Assembly: GCA_965552055.1 (NCBI GenBank) | Contig: CBEVQO010000002.1 | Coordinates: 192,001-256,000, forward strand | Direction of reading: 5' to 3' | Source: an uncultured bacterium | GTDB lineage: Bacteria > Hydrothermota > UBA3073 > NMUJ01 > CBEVQO01 | Length of the DNA stretch: 64,000 nt | Shown: positions 28,601 through 37,072 of the stretch, piece after piece | Layout: each line of letters opens with the position of its first letter | Numbering within the stretch: position 1 is the first letter of the stretch | Program-made: the position numbers and the translations under genes | Notes under the pieces: model-generated | What the model saw: only the letters and a program-made list of their open reading frames with translations | Told to the model about the DNA's origin: nothing | Databases searched by the model: none

Positions 28601-30289
28601 GATGCAAATAGATATTACATAGAGAAAGGGAACAGCAGTAATGATACGATAGACGCATATCCTGTTGTTAGCCTCGGAGAAATAAATTCCGCTGATACTT
28701 CAAATATATTCTCTTTTGTTAAGTGGTGTATCGACAATTATCCTGCAAAATATTATGCATTTATCCTGTGGAACCATGGTAGTGGCTGGCAGAAGGCTGC
28801 TGGAGTAAAAGGAGCCGGATGGGATGACACCGAAGGAGATATGCTTGGAATATCAAATGGCGAATTGCGTGCATTATTAAGGAAAATTAAAAATTACCTC
28901 GGAAGGAATATCGATATACTGGGATTCGATGAATGCCTTATGTGTATGATGGAAATAGCATCAGAAGCAATGGGATATGTTAATTACATAGTAGCATCCG
29001 AGCCGGGGATACCAATCGAAGGATGGGATTACACATTCCTGCAAGACCTTAAAAATAACCCCAATATGACACCAAGGGAACTTGTTAACAAAATAGTTAA
29101 AAAATATGGAGAATATTACTCCACATCTTCAAGTGTAAACCTTAACGCACTGGATATCGGTCATAGTTTTCAGAAACTATGCTGGGATGTAGATAAACTC
29201 GCAATAGAATGCCTGAAAGAAGGAGGAATGAATAACTCACAAATACAAAATGTGGTTTCGAACCTCCAAGGTTTAATAGAATCATGGTCACCCTATGATA
29301 ATTATGTCGATATATTAAGGCTTGCTACTGATTTAATGGGGCAAAATATTTCCAGCGGGATAAATGCTGCTTGCGACTCCATTATAAGTCATTTCGGATA
29401 TCCACCTTATCAGGAGGGTATGCCTTTATGCACCACATGGTGCTCATCCGATATGTCAGGAATAACTTACGGAATGATGATAAATTGTCCCGATGACGGA
29501 AGCGGTTTATCAGGAAACTGGGAAGACCCATACGATTACAGATGGTTAAAATGGGCTAAAAATTCAGCATGGTACTACTTTATCGCACAATACAATTCAT
29601 TACCCGATACAATAATTCTATCCTATATCGGGAACTCTTTCATCGATGAAGATGGCGATACAGTGCCAGAAATGGGAGAACAGGTAGAAATGGATATAAA
29701 AATCAGAAATAGCGGGGCTAACACTGCCTACGCAACATGGGCAAGATTATACTCGGAAGACCCACAGATAACAGTCCTGAATGATAGCTGCTATTTCGGA
29801 GATATACCAGGTGATACCGAAGTAATATCCAGAAATAGAGTAAAAATATTAATAGGGTCAAAATGCCCATACGGATATAGAGCTACTTTGAAATTAGAAA
29901 TTCATGCACAATCTCAAAAATCAGAATATATATCCGAAGCATTTATAATTTTCGATGTCGGTATAACAAAAGGTGATTTCCCGCCTTACGCCATCACATC
30001 AGCACCCATTACCCGTGCATACATGAAACAAAATACACCTAACCCATTCGCCGAATTTACAAAAATCGAAATAGGAATACCACAGAAACAAAACTTCATT
30101 CTAAAAATTTACGATATAACAGGAAGATGCGTGAAAACTTATCACTACAAATCAGCATCACCTGGAATATACACCATTAAATGGAATGGCACAGATAACA
30201 GAGGAAGAAAATTACCAGCAGGAATATACTTCTGCAGATTACAGACAAAGGATAAAATAATTACAAGAAAAATGGTAAAAATTAGATAA
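25619..30289 (+). CDS. Large secreted adhesin-like protein with clostripain (peptidase C11) domain and FlgD-Ig/T9SS-like C-terminus
   Basis: KWTIMVY..GDNNL, DIDEME, LWNHGSGW (His), ILGFDECLM (Cys); N-terminal modules shared with the upstream gene. Confidence 0.85.
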   Translation: MKWLCALLLFVGTGLGATVIIEEDFEDMFPPAQWDTVPVSGSDYGWVWGDGSSGGDPDNAYSGSKYARFYSYLSSDGYEEDLITDTFDLTSVANCTLSFYYINEYDNTSPPGKDWVKVYYSVDSGKSWVELDSLGIKDAWTHFEYALPDSKIIMIKFRGHSDYGYTNPCIDLFRIKGQIAHNIAVKSLSLSHDAIPPNYTLTITAVIKNKGTSNESNVPVYCWIKNPSDSIVFGDTVTIGELKSDSDTVITWNYGDATEHGDYTVIVKANLSNDAYHNDDKKEESFHCMEIQNMPWSYGFEEIPFPPCGCWKIYNFDGGDQWEQTSDDAHSGNFSVYCRYDIPNNDWLILPPIIAKSNNDTLIFWYRARSSWGTEHFNVRLATGVTTDTSQYSIIWDTSTTATEFQQKKIVLSTLIPGDTFRIAFHYDSDNEYGIYIDDVEFKKGKVYNNDVAVTSVSCKPVAVETSEVETVTARVLNAGYNDQSNFKVKIYVVSPSSDTLFRDSANIGLLTSFSDTTLQWMVTGYTEHGDHIVYVKTCLSGDENPYNDMKSSYFHVKGKIIAPWSEGFEGTTFPPCLCWTDVYGNWKRYEDPSYAHSGAGYAHIDYDVSEGEGILITPTIDAGYFDTLIFWWKEADYKGKDIGHDSTFVEISKDNGTTWIVWKVLKVEHSSTWYAETLIFGENCGPEVKIRWRYQTDRSYSAYGFNLDDIELKAGVRYDHDVGVVKATFLPEICAKKQQDTIKIKVINYGKNDETFDLVKIVKKPSGQIDYCDTTKGIFLKSYKDTFIMFCYTPDTLGKHPVIARVILTDENPADNEIVDTLNVTFPDIYGCCKIGGDGIADVGEDSVELIITLVNDGAYAYCVSCSLSENEENAELIGTAKQTYGDIPYKGEASKKFMFNVLNTASDGEILSFILHIKDTMGYYAQDTVNIMVGGKKWTIMVYIIGDNNLGDVVNGDIDEMESAGSDENINILVQIDGNPSYTYNDLSGARSDANRYYIEKGNSSNDTIDAYPVVSLGEINSADTSNIFSFVKWCIDNYPAKYYAFILWNHGSGWQKAAGVKGAGWDDTEGDMLGISNGELRALLRKIKNYLGRNIDILGFDECLMCMMEIASEAMGYVNYIVASEPGIPIEGWDYTFLQDLKNNPNMTPRELVNKIVKKYGEYYSTSSSVNLNALDIGHSFQKLCWDVDKLAIECLKEGGMNNSQIQNVVSNLQGLIESWSPYDNYVDILRLATDLMGQNISSGINAACDSIISHFGYPPYQEGMPLCTTWCSSDMSGITYGMMINCPDDGSGLSGNWEDPYDYRWLKWAKNSAWYYFIAQYNSLPDTIILSYIGNSFIDEDGDTVPEMGEQVEMDIKIRNSGANTAYATWARLYSEDPQITVLNDSCYFGDIPGDTEVISRNRVKILIGSKCPYGYRATLKLEIHAQSQKSEYISEAFIIFDVGITKGDFPPYAITSAPITRAYMKQNTPNPFAEFTKIEIGIPQKQNFILKIYDITGRCVKTYHYKSASPGIYTIKWNGTDNRGRKLPAGIYFCRLQTKDKIITRKMVKIR
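26495..27766 (+). repeat. ~1.27-kb segment nearly identical to 23695-24966 of the upstream gene
   Basis: Direct nucleotide comparison; constant 2800-nt offset. Confidence 0.88.
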
Positions 30290-30778
30290 TCGTAAATAAA
30301 AAGCAAGAACCAGAAGCAAAACTTCCAGTGTGTAATACAAAATTCTGGGTATCTTATAAACCTTCAACGGAAAAAGAATTGGAGTTATACCCGTATCCGC
30401 ATCCCTTATCACATGAGAAGAAATCGCAAAAAATGAAATAAAAGAAAGTTTTAAACTCTTCGAAAAAAGATAAAAAATAAAAGATAAAAACAATGCAAAA
30501 GTAATGCTGTGAGTATAGGGTCTGAGAGGCAAAGAAGTTGCCTTCTCCAAAGAGAAACTCCTTGCTACAACAAAATGGTCAAAATCAAGAAGAAATGCCA
30601 ATAAAAAAGAAAAAATTATATCAAATAAAGAAGAAGCAAGAGGAAGACAAATAATAAGAGAAATCACACCATGAGAAAAAGTATCAAGCAAAGACCTGTA
30701 AAGCACATTTTTAACTCTCAAAAAAATATAATCAGAAATTAAAAGCATCAAAATCAAAGCAAAAAATAATTTTATCAC
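30239..30778 (-). CDS. Membrane metal-dependent hydrolase (YdjM/TMEM267-like)
   Basis: DTFSHG, LLDFDHF, RPYTHS, SHVIRDA motifs. Confidence 0.75.
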   Translation of the reverse strand: MIKLFFALILMLLISDYIFLRVKNVLYRSLLDTFSHGVISLIICLPLASSLFDIIFSFLLAFLLDFDHFVVARSFSLEKATSLPLRPYTHSITFALFLSFIFYLFSKSLKLSFISFFAISSHVIRDADTGITPILFPLKVYKIPRILYYTLEVLLLVLAFYLRLSNFYHFSCNYFILCL

Positions 30779-30946
30779 AAGTTATTATAACAGAAATGAA
30801 ATTTTGTCAAATTTTTTGCCCCTCCTCCCTATCCCCACCGCCCTCGCTCACAACCCACATGTAATTGGCTCGGCTACGCCGAGCATTAAAATTTTTTCTT
30901 GACATTCTCTATTTTTGATTAAAATTGTAAATTTAAAGGAGGGGTC

Positions 30947-33900
30947 ATGCTGGTGTTGCTATTATGTATTGCGGTTGGAGCCGGGAAAGATTTAAAAACG
31001 GGTAAGGCGATTCTAAATGCTGCCTGGTATGCTGAATCAAATCAGCCGTATGCTGACTATCCTCTATTCGGCTCAAGGATTGCTACAGGTGACTTCAACG
31101 GTGATGGATACCTTGATGTGGCAATAGGAGCTTATAATTATACCCACGATCAATATCGTGAAGGAGCTGTATTTGTGTGGTATGGAACATCCACAGGTCT
31201 CAATGTAAATGGCGACCCTTCAAATTGCGACTGGATGGCAGAATCAAATCAGGAGTATTCGGGTTTTGGATACGATATCGCAGTGGGTGACTTCAATGGA
31301 GATGGATACGATGACCTTGCTGTAGGAGCATACAAATATGACAGGAGTTATGAGGATGCAGGAGCTGTTTTCGTATGGTATGGTGGAGCTTATGGGCTTG
31401 GTGTAAACGGCAACCCCACCAACTGTGATTTTGCAGATTATTCAGGCCAGGAAGATGCTTACTATGGTGGAGCACTCGCAGTCGGTAATTTTAATGGTGA
31501 TGAATATGATGACCTGGCTGTCGGAGCATATCTTTATGATTACTATGGCACGGATGATGGCAAAGTAGAAGTATTTTACGGCTCATCATCAGGACTTACT
31601 TCACCAGACTGGTATGCCTACTCTAAACAAACCAAGGCTTATTTTGGAAGTGCACTTGGCACTGGTGATTTCAATGGCGATGGATATTATGATATCGCAA
31701 TTGCAGCGTATAGGTTCAGCAGGGGTCAAGCGGACGAAGGTGTGGTCTTTGTATGGTATGGTTCATCATCGGGATTGAACGGAGGAATATACGGCGATAC
31801 AACAAATTTTGACTGGATAGCTGAGGCAAATCAACCATCTGCTTATATGGGAAGTGCTTTCGGGGTATCTGCAGGTGACTTTAACGGTGATGGATACGAT
31901 GACATCGCAATCGGAGCACCTGACTTCGATAGGGGTCAAACAAATGAAGGCGCGGTCTTTGTATGGTATGGTTCATTATCGGGATTGAACGGAGGAGTAA
32001 ATGGTGATACTACAAATTTTGACTGGATTGCAGAATCAAATCAAAGTTATGCATGCATGGGAGAGTGTATCTCCACCGGAGATTTTAACGGAGATGGATA
32101 CGATGATATCGCTATCGGTGCATCGTATTACGATAATCCTCAAACGAGTGAAGGAGCCATATTCGTATGGTATGGCTCTGGAACAGGGATAAATAATGGA
32201 ATATATGGCAATCCATCAAACTGCAATTGGAAAGCAGAATCCGACCAGAATTATGCCCATTTGTATCAATGTGCAACTGGAAATTTCAACGGAGATAATT
32301 ATGACGAAATACTCACAGGGGCAATATATTTCAGCCGTGGAGAAAAAGATGAGGGAGCGGTTTTTATGTGGGAAGGTTCACCAACAGGTTTAAATAACGG
32401 GGTAAATGGTGATACCACAAATTATAGCTGGATAGCTGAATCTAACGAAGCATATTCGGATTATAAGACATGGTTTGGATACTCTATTGCTTATGGAGAT
32501 TTCAACAACGATGGATATACGGACATTGCAGTAGGAGCTCCATGGTATTCACATGGTGAATCTTATGAAGGCGCGGTTTTCGTATGGTATGGAACAGAAG
32601 AAGGATTTGAAAATAGAGAAACCGGCAATCCACTTAATTGCGACTGGATGGCAGAATCAAATCAAAGTGAAGCTCGCATGGGATATGCTTTAACTGTAAA
32701 TGATTTCAATGGCGATGGATACGATGATATTGCTGTATCTGCACCTCGATATTCAAGGGGCGAGAGTGATGAAGGAGTTGTATTTGTATGGTATGGTTCG
32801 GCAATTGGATTAAACGAAGGAATAAATGGTGATACAACAAACTTTGACTGGATAGCAGAATCTAATCAGCCTGGAGGATGGTGGGCAATACCATATTTTG
32901 GCTGTGAGTTAAGTTCCGGCGATTATAACGGAGATGGATATAGTGATATAGCAGTTGGTGCAAAATATTTCTCAAATGGAGAGACATACGAAGGAATAGC
33001 ATTTGTATGGTATGGCAGTAATAATGGCTTAAACAACGGAGTAAACGGTGATACGACAAATTATAACTGGAAAGCAGAGTTAAACCAGGCAGATGCATAT
33101 GTAGGGAATGCAATAGCATCGGGTGATTTCAACAACGATGGATACGACGATATAGCTATCGGTGCATATTGTTATGATAACGGTCAATCTGATGAAGGCA
33201 TGATTTTTATATGGTATGGAAATGAAAATGGGTTAAATAATGGCACAAATGGTGATGGGACAAATGCAAACTGGATGGCTGAAGCTAATTTAGATGATGC
33301 TTGCTTCGGTTATTCAATAGCTTCCGGTGATTTTAATGGCGATGGATATTATGACATCGCTATCAGTGCAGCTGAGTATTCAAATCCAGAATCCCAGGAA
33401 GGGGCAGTATTTGTGTGGTATAGTTCAGCAACAGGATTTGGATTGCAAGGTAATCCTTCAAATTGCGACTGGAAAGCAGAACCAGACCAGTCAGAAGCAT
33501 TTTATTATGCAAAAGTAACGACAGGTGACTTAAATGGAGATGGATACGACGACATAATAATAGGAGCATACGATTATGATAATGGTGAAGAAGACGAAGG
33601 AGGTATTTTTGTATGGTATGGCTCAGCATCAGGCTTAGGAGAAGATGGCAACCTATTTAACTATGACTGGCATGTTGAAAGCAATCAGGAAAACGCTTAT
33701 CTGGGATACAGTGTTTGTGCAGGAGATGTGAATGCAGATGGAGGTGCTGATATACTATCGGGCGCAGTTCAATACACAAACGATGATTATCTGGAAGGTG
33801 CAGTATTCCTGTGGCTAAGTGAAGTGCCTTTAATACCTGACATATGGATAAGTGATACTTCTCACAATTTTGGTGAGGAATTATGTGCAGGAGATACCAT

Positions 33901-34444
33901 ACTCTGGAGATTCTACATAAAAAACAAAGGAAATGGAGATTTAAGCATAGATAGTATTATCTCATCCAATCCGGTTTTCGGAGTATATGCACCCATTTTT
34001 AAACTCATCTTATCACCAGGTGACAGCGTGAGTGTCGCGGTCTATTGCGCAGCTCAGGATACAGGCTCATACGAAGGCACTCTGACAATCTACTCAAACG
34101 ACCCTTATAAGCCAGCAGTTGATATTAAACTTTATGCAAAAGTTATCGCAATTGCCGAAAAGTTACCCGAAAAATTCGAATTGAAAGTAAAGCCAAATCC
34201 CATTTTATACAGCGCAAAAATACATTATTCCGTGCCTGCTAAAACTCATGTTAAAATCAGCATTATCGACATAACAGGAAGATGCATAAACAAAATTGTT
34301 GATAAAGATGTGCAACCCGGCTATTATACAGAAACATGGAAATTAAAAGACAAAAACGGTAATAATATCTCTCCCGGAATCTACTTTGTGATAATGGAAA
34401 GCAGTGAATTCAGATTAATTCATAAAGCTATTATAATGAGATAA
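30947..34444 (+). CDS. Secreted FG-GAP/integrin-alpha-like beta-propeller protein (14 repeats) with Ig-like and FlgD-Ig/T9SS-like C-terminal domains
   Basis: 14 GDFNGDGY.D-type Ca loops with FG...GA...EGAVFVWYG repeats; SNDP; KPNP...SPGIYF. Confidence 0.88.
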   Translation: MLVLLLCIAVGAGKDLKTGKAILNAAWYAESNQPYADYPLFGSRIATGDFNGDGYLDVAIGAYNYTHDQYREGAVFVWYGTSTGLNVNGDPSNCDWMAESNQEYSGFGYDIAVGDFNGDGYDDLAVGAYKYDRSYEDAGAVFVWYGGAYGLGVNGNPTNCDFADYSGQEDAYYGGALAVGNFNGDEYDDLAVGAYLYDYYGTDDGKVEVFYGSSSGLTSPDWYAYSKQTKAYFGSALGTGDFNGDGYYDIAIAAYRFSRGQADEGVVFVWYGSSSGLNGGIYGDTTNFDWIAEANQPSAYMGSAFGVSAGDFNGDGYDDIAIGAPDFDRGQTNEGAVFVWYGSLSGLNGGVNGDTTNFDWIAESNQSYACMGECISTGDFNGDGYDDIAIGASYYDNPQTSEGAIFVWYGSGTGINNGIYGNPSNCNWKAESDQNYAHLYQCATGNFNGDNYDEILTGAIYFSRGEKDEGAVFMWEGSPTGLNNGVNGDTTNYSWIAESNEAYSDYKTWFGYSIAYGDFNNDGYTDIAVGAPWYSHGESYEGAVFVWYGTEEGFENRETGNPLNCDWMAESNQSEARMGYALTVNDFNGDGYDDIAVSAPRYSRGESDEGVVFVWYGSAIGLNEGINGDTTNFDWIAESNQPGGWWAIPYFGCELSSGDYNGDGYSDIAVGAKYFSNGETYEGIAFVWYGSNNGLNNGVNGDTTNYNWKAELNQADAYVGNAIASGDFNNDGYDDIAIGAYCYDNGQSDEGMIFIWYGNENGLNNGTNGDGTNANWMAEANLDDACFGYSIASGDFNGDGYYDIAISAAEYSNPESQEGAVFVWYSSATGFGLQGNPSNCDWKAEPDQSEAFYYAKVTTGDLNGDGYDDIIIGAYDYDNGEEDEGGIFVWYGSASGLGEDGNLFNYDWHVESNQENAYLGYSVCAGDVNADGGADILSGAVQYTNDDYLEGAVFLWLSEVPLIPDIWISDTSHNFGEELCAGDTILWRFYIKNKGNGDLSIDSIISSNPVFGVYAPIFKLILSPGDSVSVAVYCAAQDTGSYEGTLTIYSNDPYKPAVDIKLYAKVIAIAEKLPEKFELKVKPNPILYSAKIHYSVPAKTHVKISIIDITGRCINKIVDKDVQPGYYTETWKLKDKNGNNISPGIYFVIMESSEFRLIHKAIIMR

Positions 34445-34588
34445 TAAAAATTAAAAGTGCTGAAAATATTAACCTTGTAGAAATGAGTCACGGAGAGCGA
34501 AGCCCTCCAAAAAATCTTTGGGTGGGATAAACAAATTAAAAACTTGACATTCCTGTAAAAGATATATCAATTAATGAAGGAGGGGATT

Positions 34589-36256
34589 ATGGCTATTGAA
34601 GTTAAAGAAAAGCCCATAATAAGGGCGCCAAGGGGGACGAATCTTTCGTGCAAAAACTGGCAGATTGAAGCAGCTATGCGAATGCTCATGAATAACCTTG
34701 ACCCTGATGTTGCTGAACTTCCGGAAGAATTAATTGTTTATGGTGGTGCAGGGAAAGCTGCACGCAACTGGGAATGCTTCTGGGCTATCGTAGATTCACT
34801 TAAAAAACTGGAACCAGATGAAACTTTGCTTATACAATCGGGTAAACCTGTTGGTATCTTCAAAACATTTGAGCATGCTCCCCGTGTGTTAATCGCAAAT
34901 TCTCTACTGGTTCCCGCATGGGCAAACTGGGATTATTTCAGAAAACTTGAAGCAATGGGATTGATAATGTATGGTCAGATGACAGCAGGTAGCTGGATTT
35001 ATATCGGTACACAGGGGATAATTCAGGGCACCTACGAAACTTTTGCTGCATGTGCAAGGAAGCATTTTGGTGGAAGTTTAAAAGGAAAATTTGTACTTAC
35101 TGCAGGGATGGGAGGAATGTCAGGAGCACAACCACTTGCAGTAACGATGAACGAAGGCGTAATACTGGATGTAGAAGTTGACCCAAAAAGAATTGAAAGA
35201 AGGGTAAAACAGGGCTTTTGCGATGTAATGGTTTATGACCTTGATGAAGCTCTTAAACTCGTTGACGAGGCACTTAAAAAGAAAGAGCCAAAATCAATCG
35301 GACTTGTGGGGAATGCTTCCGAAATACATCCAGAACTTGTGAAAAGAGGAATAATACCTGATGTCGTAACAGACCAGACATCAGCTCATGATGAATTAAA
35401 TGGATATGTCCCCGGAGGTATTTCACTTGAAGAAGCAATAGAATTGCGCCATAAAAATCCAAAAGAATATATTAAGAGGGCTTATGAATCTATGGCACGA
35501 CATATGGAAGCAATTCTTGAGATGCAAAAACAGGGTGCAGTTGCTTTTGATTATGGTAACAATTTGCGTGGTCAGGCATATAAAGCAGGTGTAAAAGATG
35601 CGTTTAAAGTACCGGGATTTGTTCTTGAATACATTAGACCCATGTTTTGTGAAGGAAGAGGTCCATTCCGCTGGGTTGCACTATCTGGCGAAAAAGAAGA
35701 TATTTATAAAACAGATGAAGAAGTTTTAAAATTATTCCCCGAAGATGAAACTTTAAGGCGCTGGATTAATCTTGCGCGCGAAAAGGTACCCTTCCAGGGG
35801 TTGCCTGCTCGTATTTGCTGGCTCGGATATGGCGAGCGCGCAGAGTTTGGATTGAGAATAAATCATCTTGTGAGAAAAGGAGAATTAAAAGCACCAATTG
35901 TAATAGGAAGAGACCACCTTGATACTGGTTCTGTTGCATCACCGAATAGAGAAACCGAAGGCATGAAAGATGGTAGTGATGCTATAGCTGACTGGCCAAT
36001 TTTGAATGCCCTCTTAAACACGGCATCAGGTGCAACATGGGTATCTGTGCATCATGGTGGAGGCGTTGGAATAGGATACTCCATCCATGCTGGTCAGGTA
36101 ATAGTTGCAGATGGCACAGATGAGATGGACAAAAGATTAGAAAGAGTTTTAACAAATGACCCGGGAATTGGAATAGCAAGACATGCAGATGCGGGATATG
36201 AAAAAGCGATCGAAGTAGCAAAAGAAAAAGGCATAAAAATACCGATGATGAAATAA
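34589..36256 (+). CDS. hutU: Urocanate hydratase
   Basis: [51 protein letters not shown]. Confidence 0.97.
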   Translation: MAIEVKEKPIIRAPRGTNLSCKNWQIEAAMRMLMNNLDPDVAELPEELIVYGGAGKAARNWECFWAIVDSLKKLEPDETLLIQSGKPVGIFKTFEHAPRVLIANSLLVPAWANWDYFRKLEAMGLIMYGQMTAGSWIYIGTQGIIQGTYETFAACARKHFGGSLKGKFVLTAGMGGMSGAQPLAVTMNEGVILDVEVDPKRIERRVKQGFCDVMVYDLDEALKLVDEALKKKEPKSIGLVGNASEIHPELVKRGIIPDVVTDQTSAHDELNGYVPGGISLEEAIELRHKNPKEYIKRAYESMARHMEAILEMQKQGAVAFDYGNNLRGQAYKAGVKDAFKVPGFVLEYIRPMFCEGRGPFRWVALSGEKEDIYKTDEEVLKLFPEDETLRRWINLAREKVPFQGLPARICWLGYGERAEFGLRINHLVRKGELKAPIVIGRDHLDTGSVASPNRETEGMKDGSDAIADWPILNALLNTASGATWVSVHHGGGVGIGYSIHAGQVIVADGTDEMDKRLERVLTNDPGIGIARHADAGYEKAIEVAKEKGIKIPMMK

Positions 36257-36265
36257 GGAGGGAAA

Positions 36266-36538
36266 ATGAATTTAATCACATTCTTGCAGGTACTTGGACT
36301 TGTAGGTGTATTCGCATCGATTCTGGGAGCATGGCTCAGCTGGTCTGCAAAATATAACGGCAAACTAACAAGGGAATTGATAAAAGAAGAAAACAAGCAA
36401 ACAAGGGAATTGATAAAAGAGGAAAATAGGCAAACAAGAGAATTGATTGAAAGAGTCACAGAAAAAATAGCCGCTCTCATAGTAAGCGAAGGTGAAAAGA
36501 CAAGAGAATTGATAAAAAAGATGATGGAAAATGAATAA
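36266..36538 (+). CDS. Small membrane-anchored coiled-coil protein with 11-aa repeats
   Basis: N-terminal TM helix; TRELIKEENKQ repeats encoded by 33-nt tandem repeats at 36368-36448. Confidence 0.7.
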   Translation: MNLITFLQVLGLVGVFASILGAWLSWSAKYNGKLTRELIKEENKQTRELIKEENRQTRELIERVTEKIAALIVSEGEKTRELIKKMMENE

Positions 36539-36848
36539 AATCAGGAAAAAATTAAAAAAGTTAGGCAAGAAAGTTGGTCTTAAATATTTCAATAAAAATA
36601 TGGGGAAAGAAGCAATTTTAAGATACGAGAACTCCTTCTTCCTGAAACCTTATATCGCATTTAAAACACCCACAAAAGAAAACAAATCTATAATGTGCTT
36701 TGCTGATACATTAAGAAATATAATAGCTTCGGGGAAAATTTATCACACTCCAAAAGGCGATATCGGACCAGAAGAAGCTCTTATTGCATTCCTTAAATGG
36801 GAAATAGAAAGACTACCTCGACCGGGTGCCATAAAAAGAATAAAATAA
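36531..36848 (+). CDS. Hypothetical basic protein
   Basis: 105-aa ORF translationally coupled on both sides. Confidence 0.5.
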   Translation: MNKIRKKLKKLGKKVGLKYFNKNMGKEAILRYENSFFLKPYIAFKTPTKENKSIMCFADTLRNIIASGKIYHTPKGDIGPEEALIAFLKWEIERLPRPGAIKRIK

Positions 36849-36976
36849 TGCCGGTAAGAGTATTTATAAAAATCAAATTCAAAGATAAGGAGATTGACTC
36901 ACCCGCGCTGGTGAACACAGGCTACGAGACAGAATCTCCCGAATTAATGATACCAAAAACACTTGCTAAAAGGTAA
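36848..36976 (+). pseudogene. Truncated archaeal-type retropepsin-like (clan AA) gene remnant
   Basis: Hand translation MPVRVFIKIKFKDKEIDSPALVNTGYETESPELMIPKTLAKR*; ALVNTGYE..P.L.IP..LA resembles the N-terminus of a longer archaeal family. Confidence 0.5.
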
Positions 36977-37072
36977 GAAGCAGTGTTAATCCGAAATATT
37001 GGACATAAAATTAAATTTTTTGACTTGACTTTATTGTAAAAAGAGTATAATTGTGGAAAATAAGGAGGGGGT

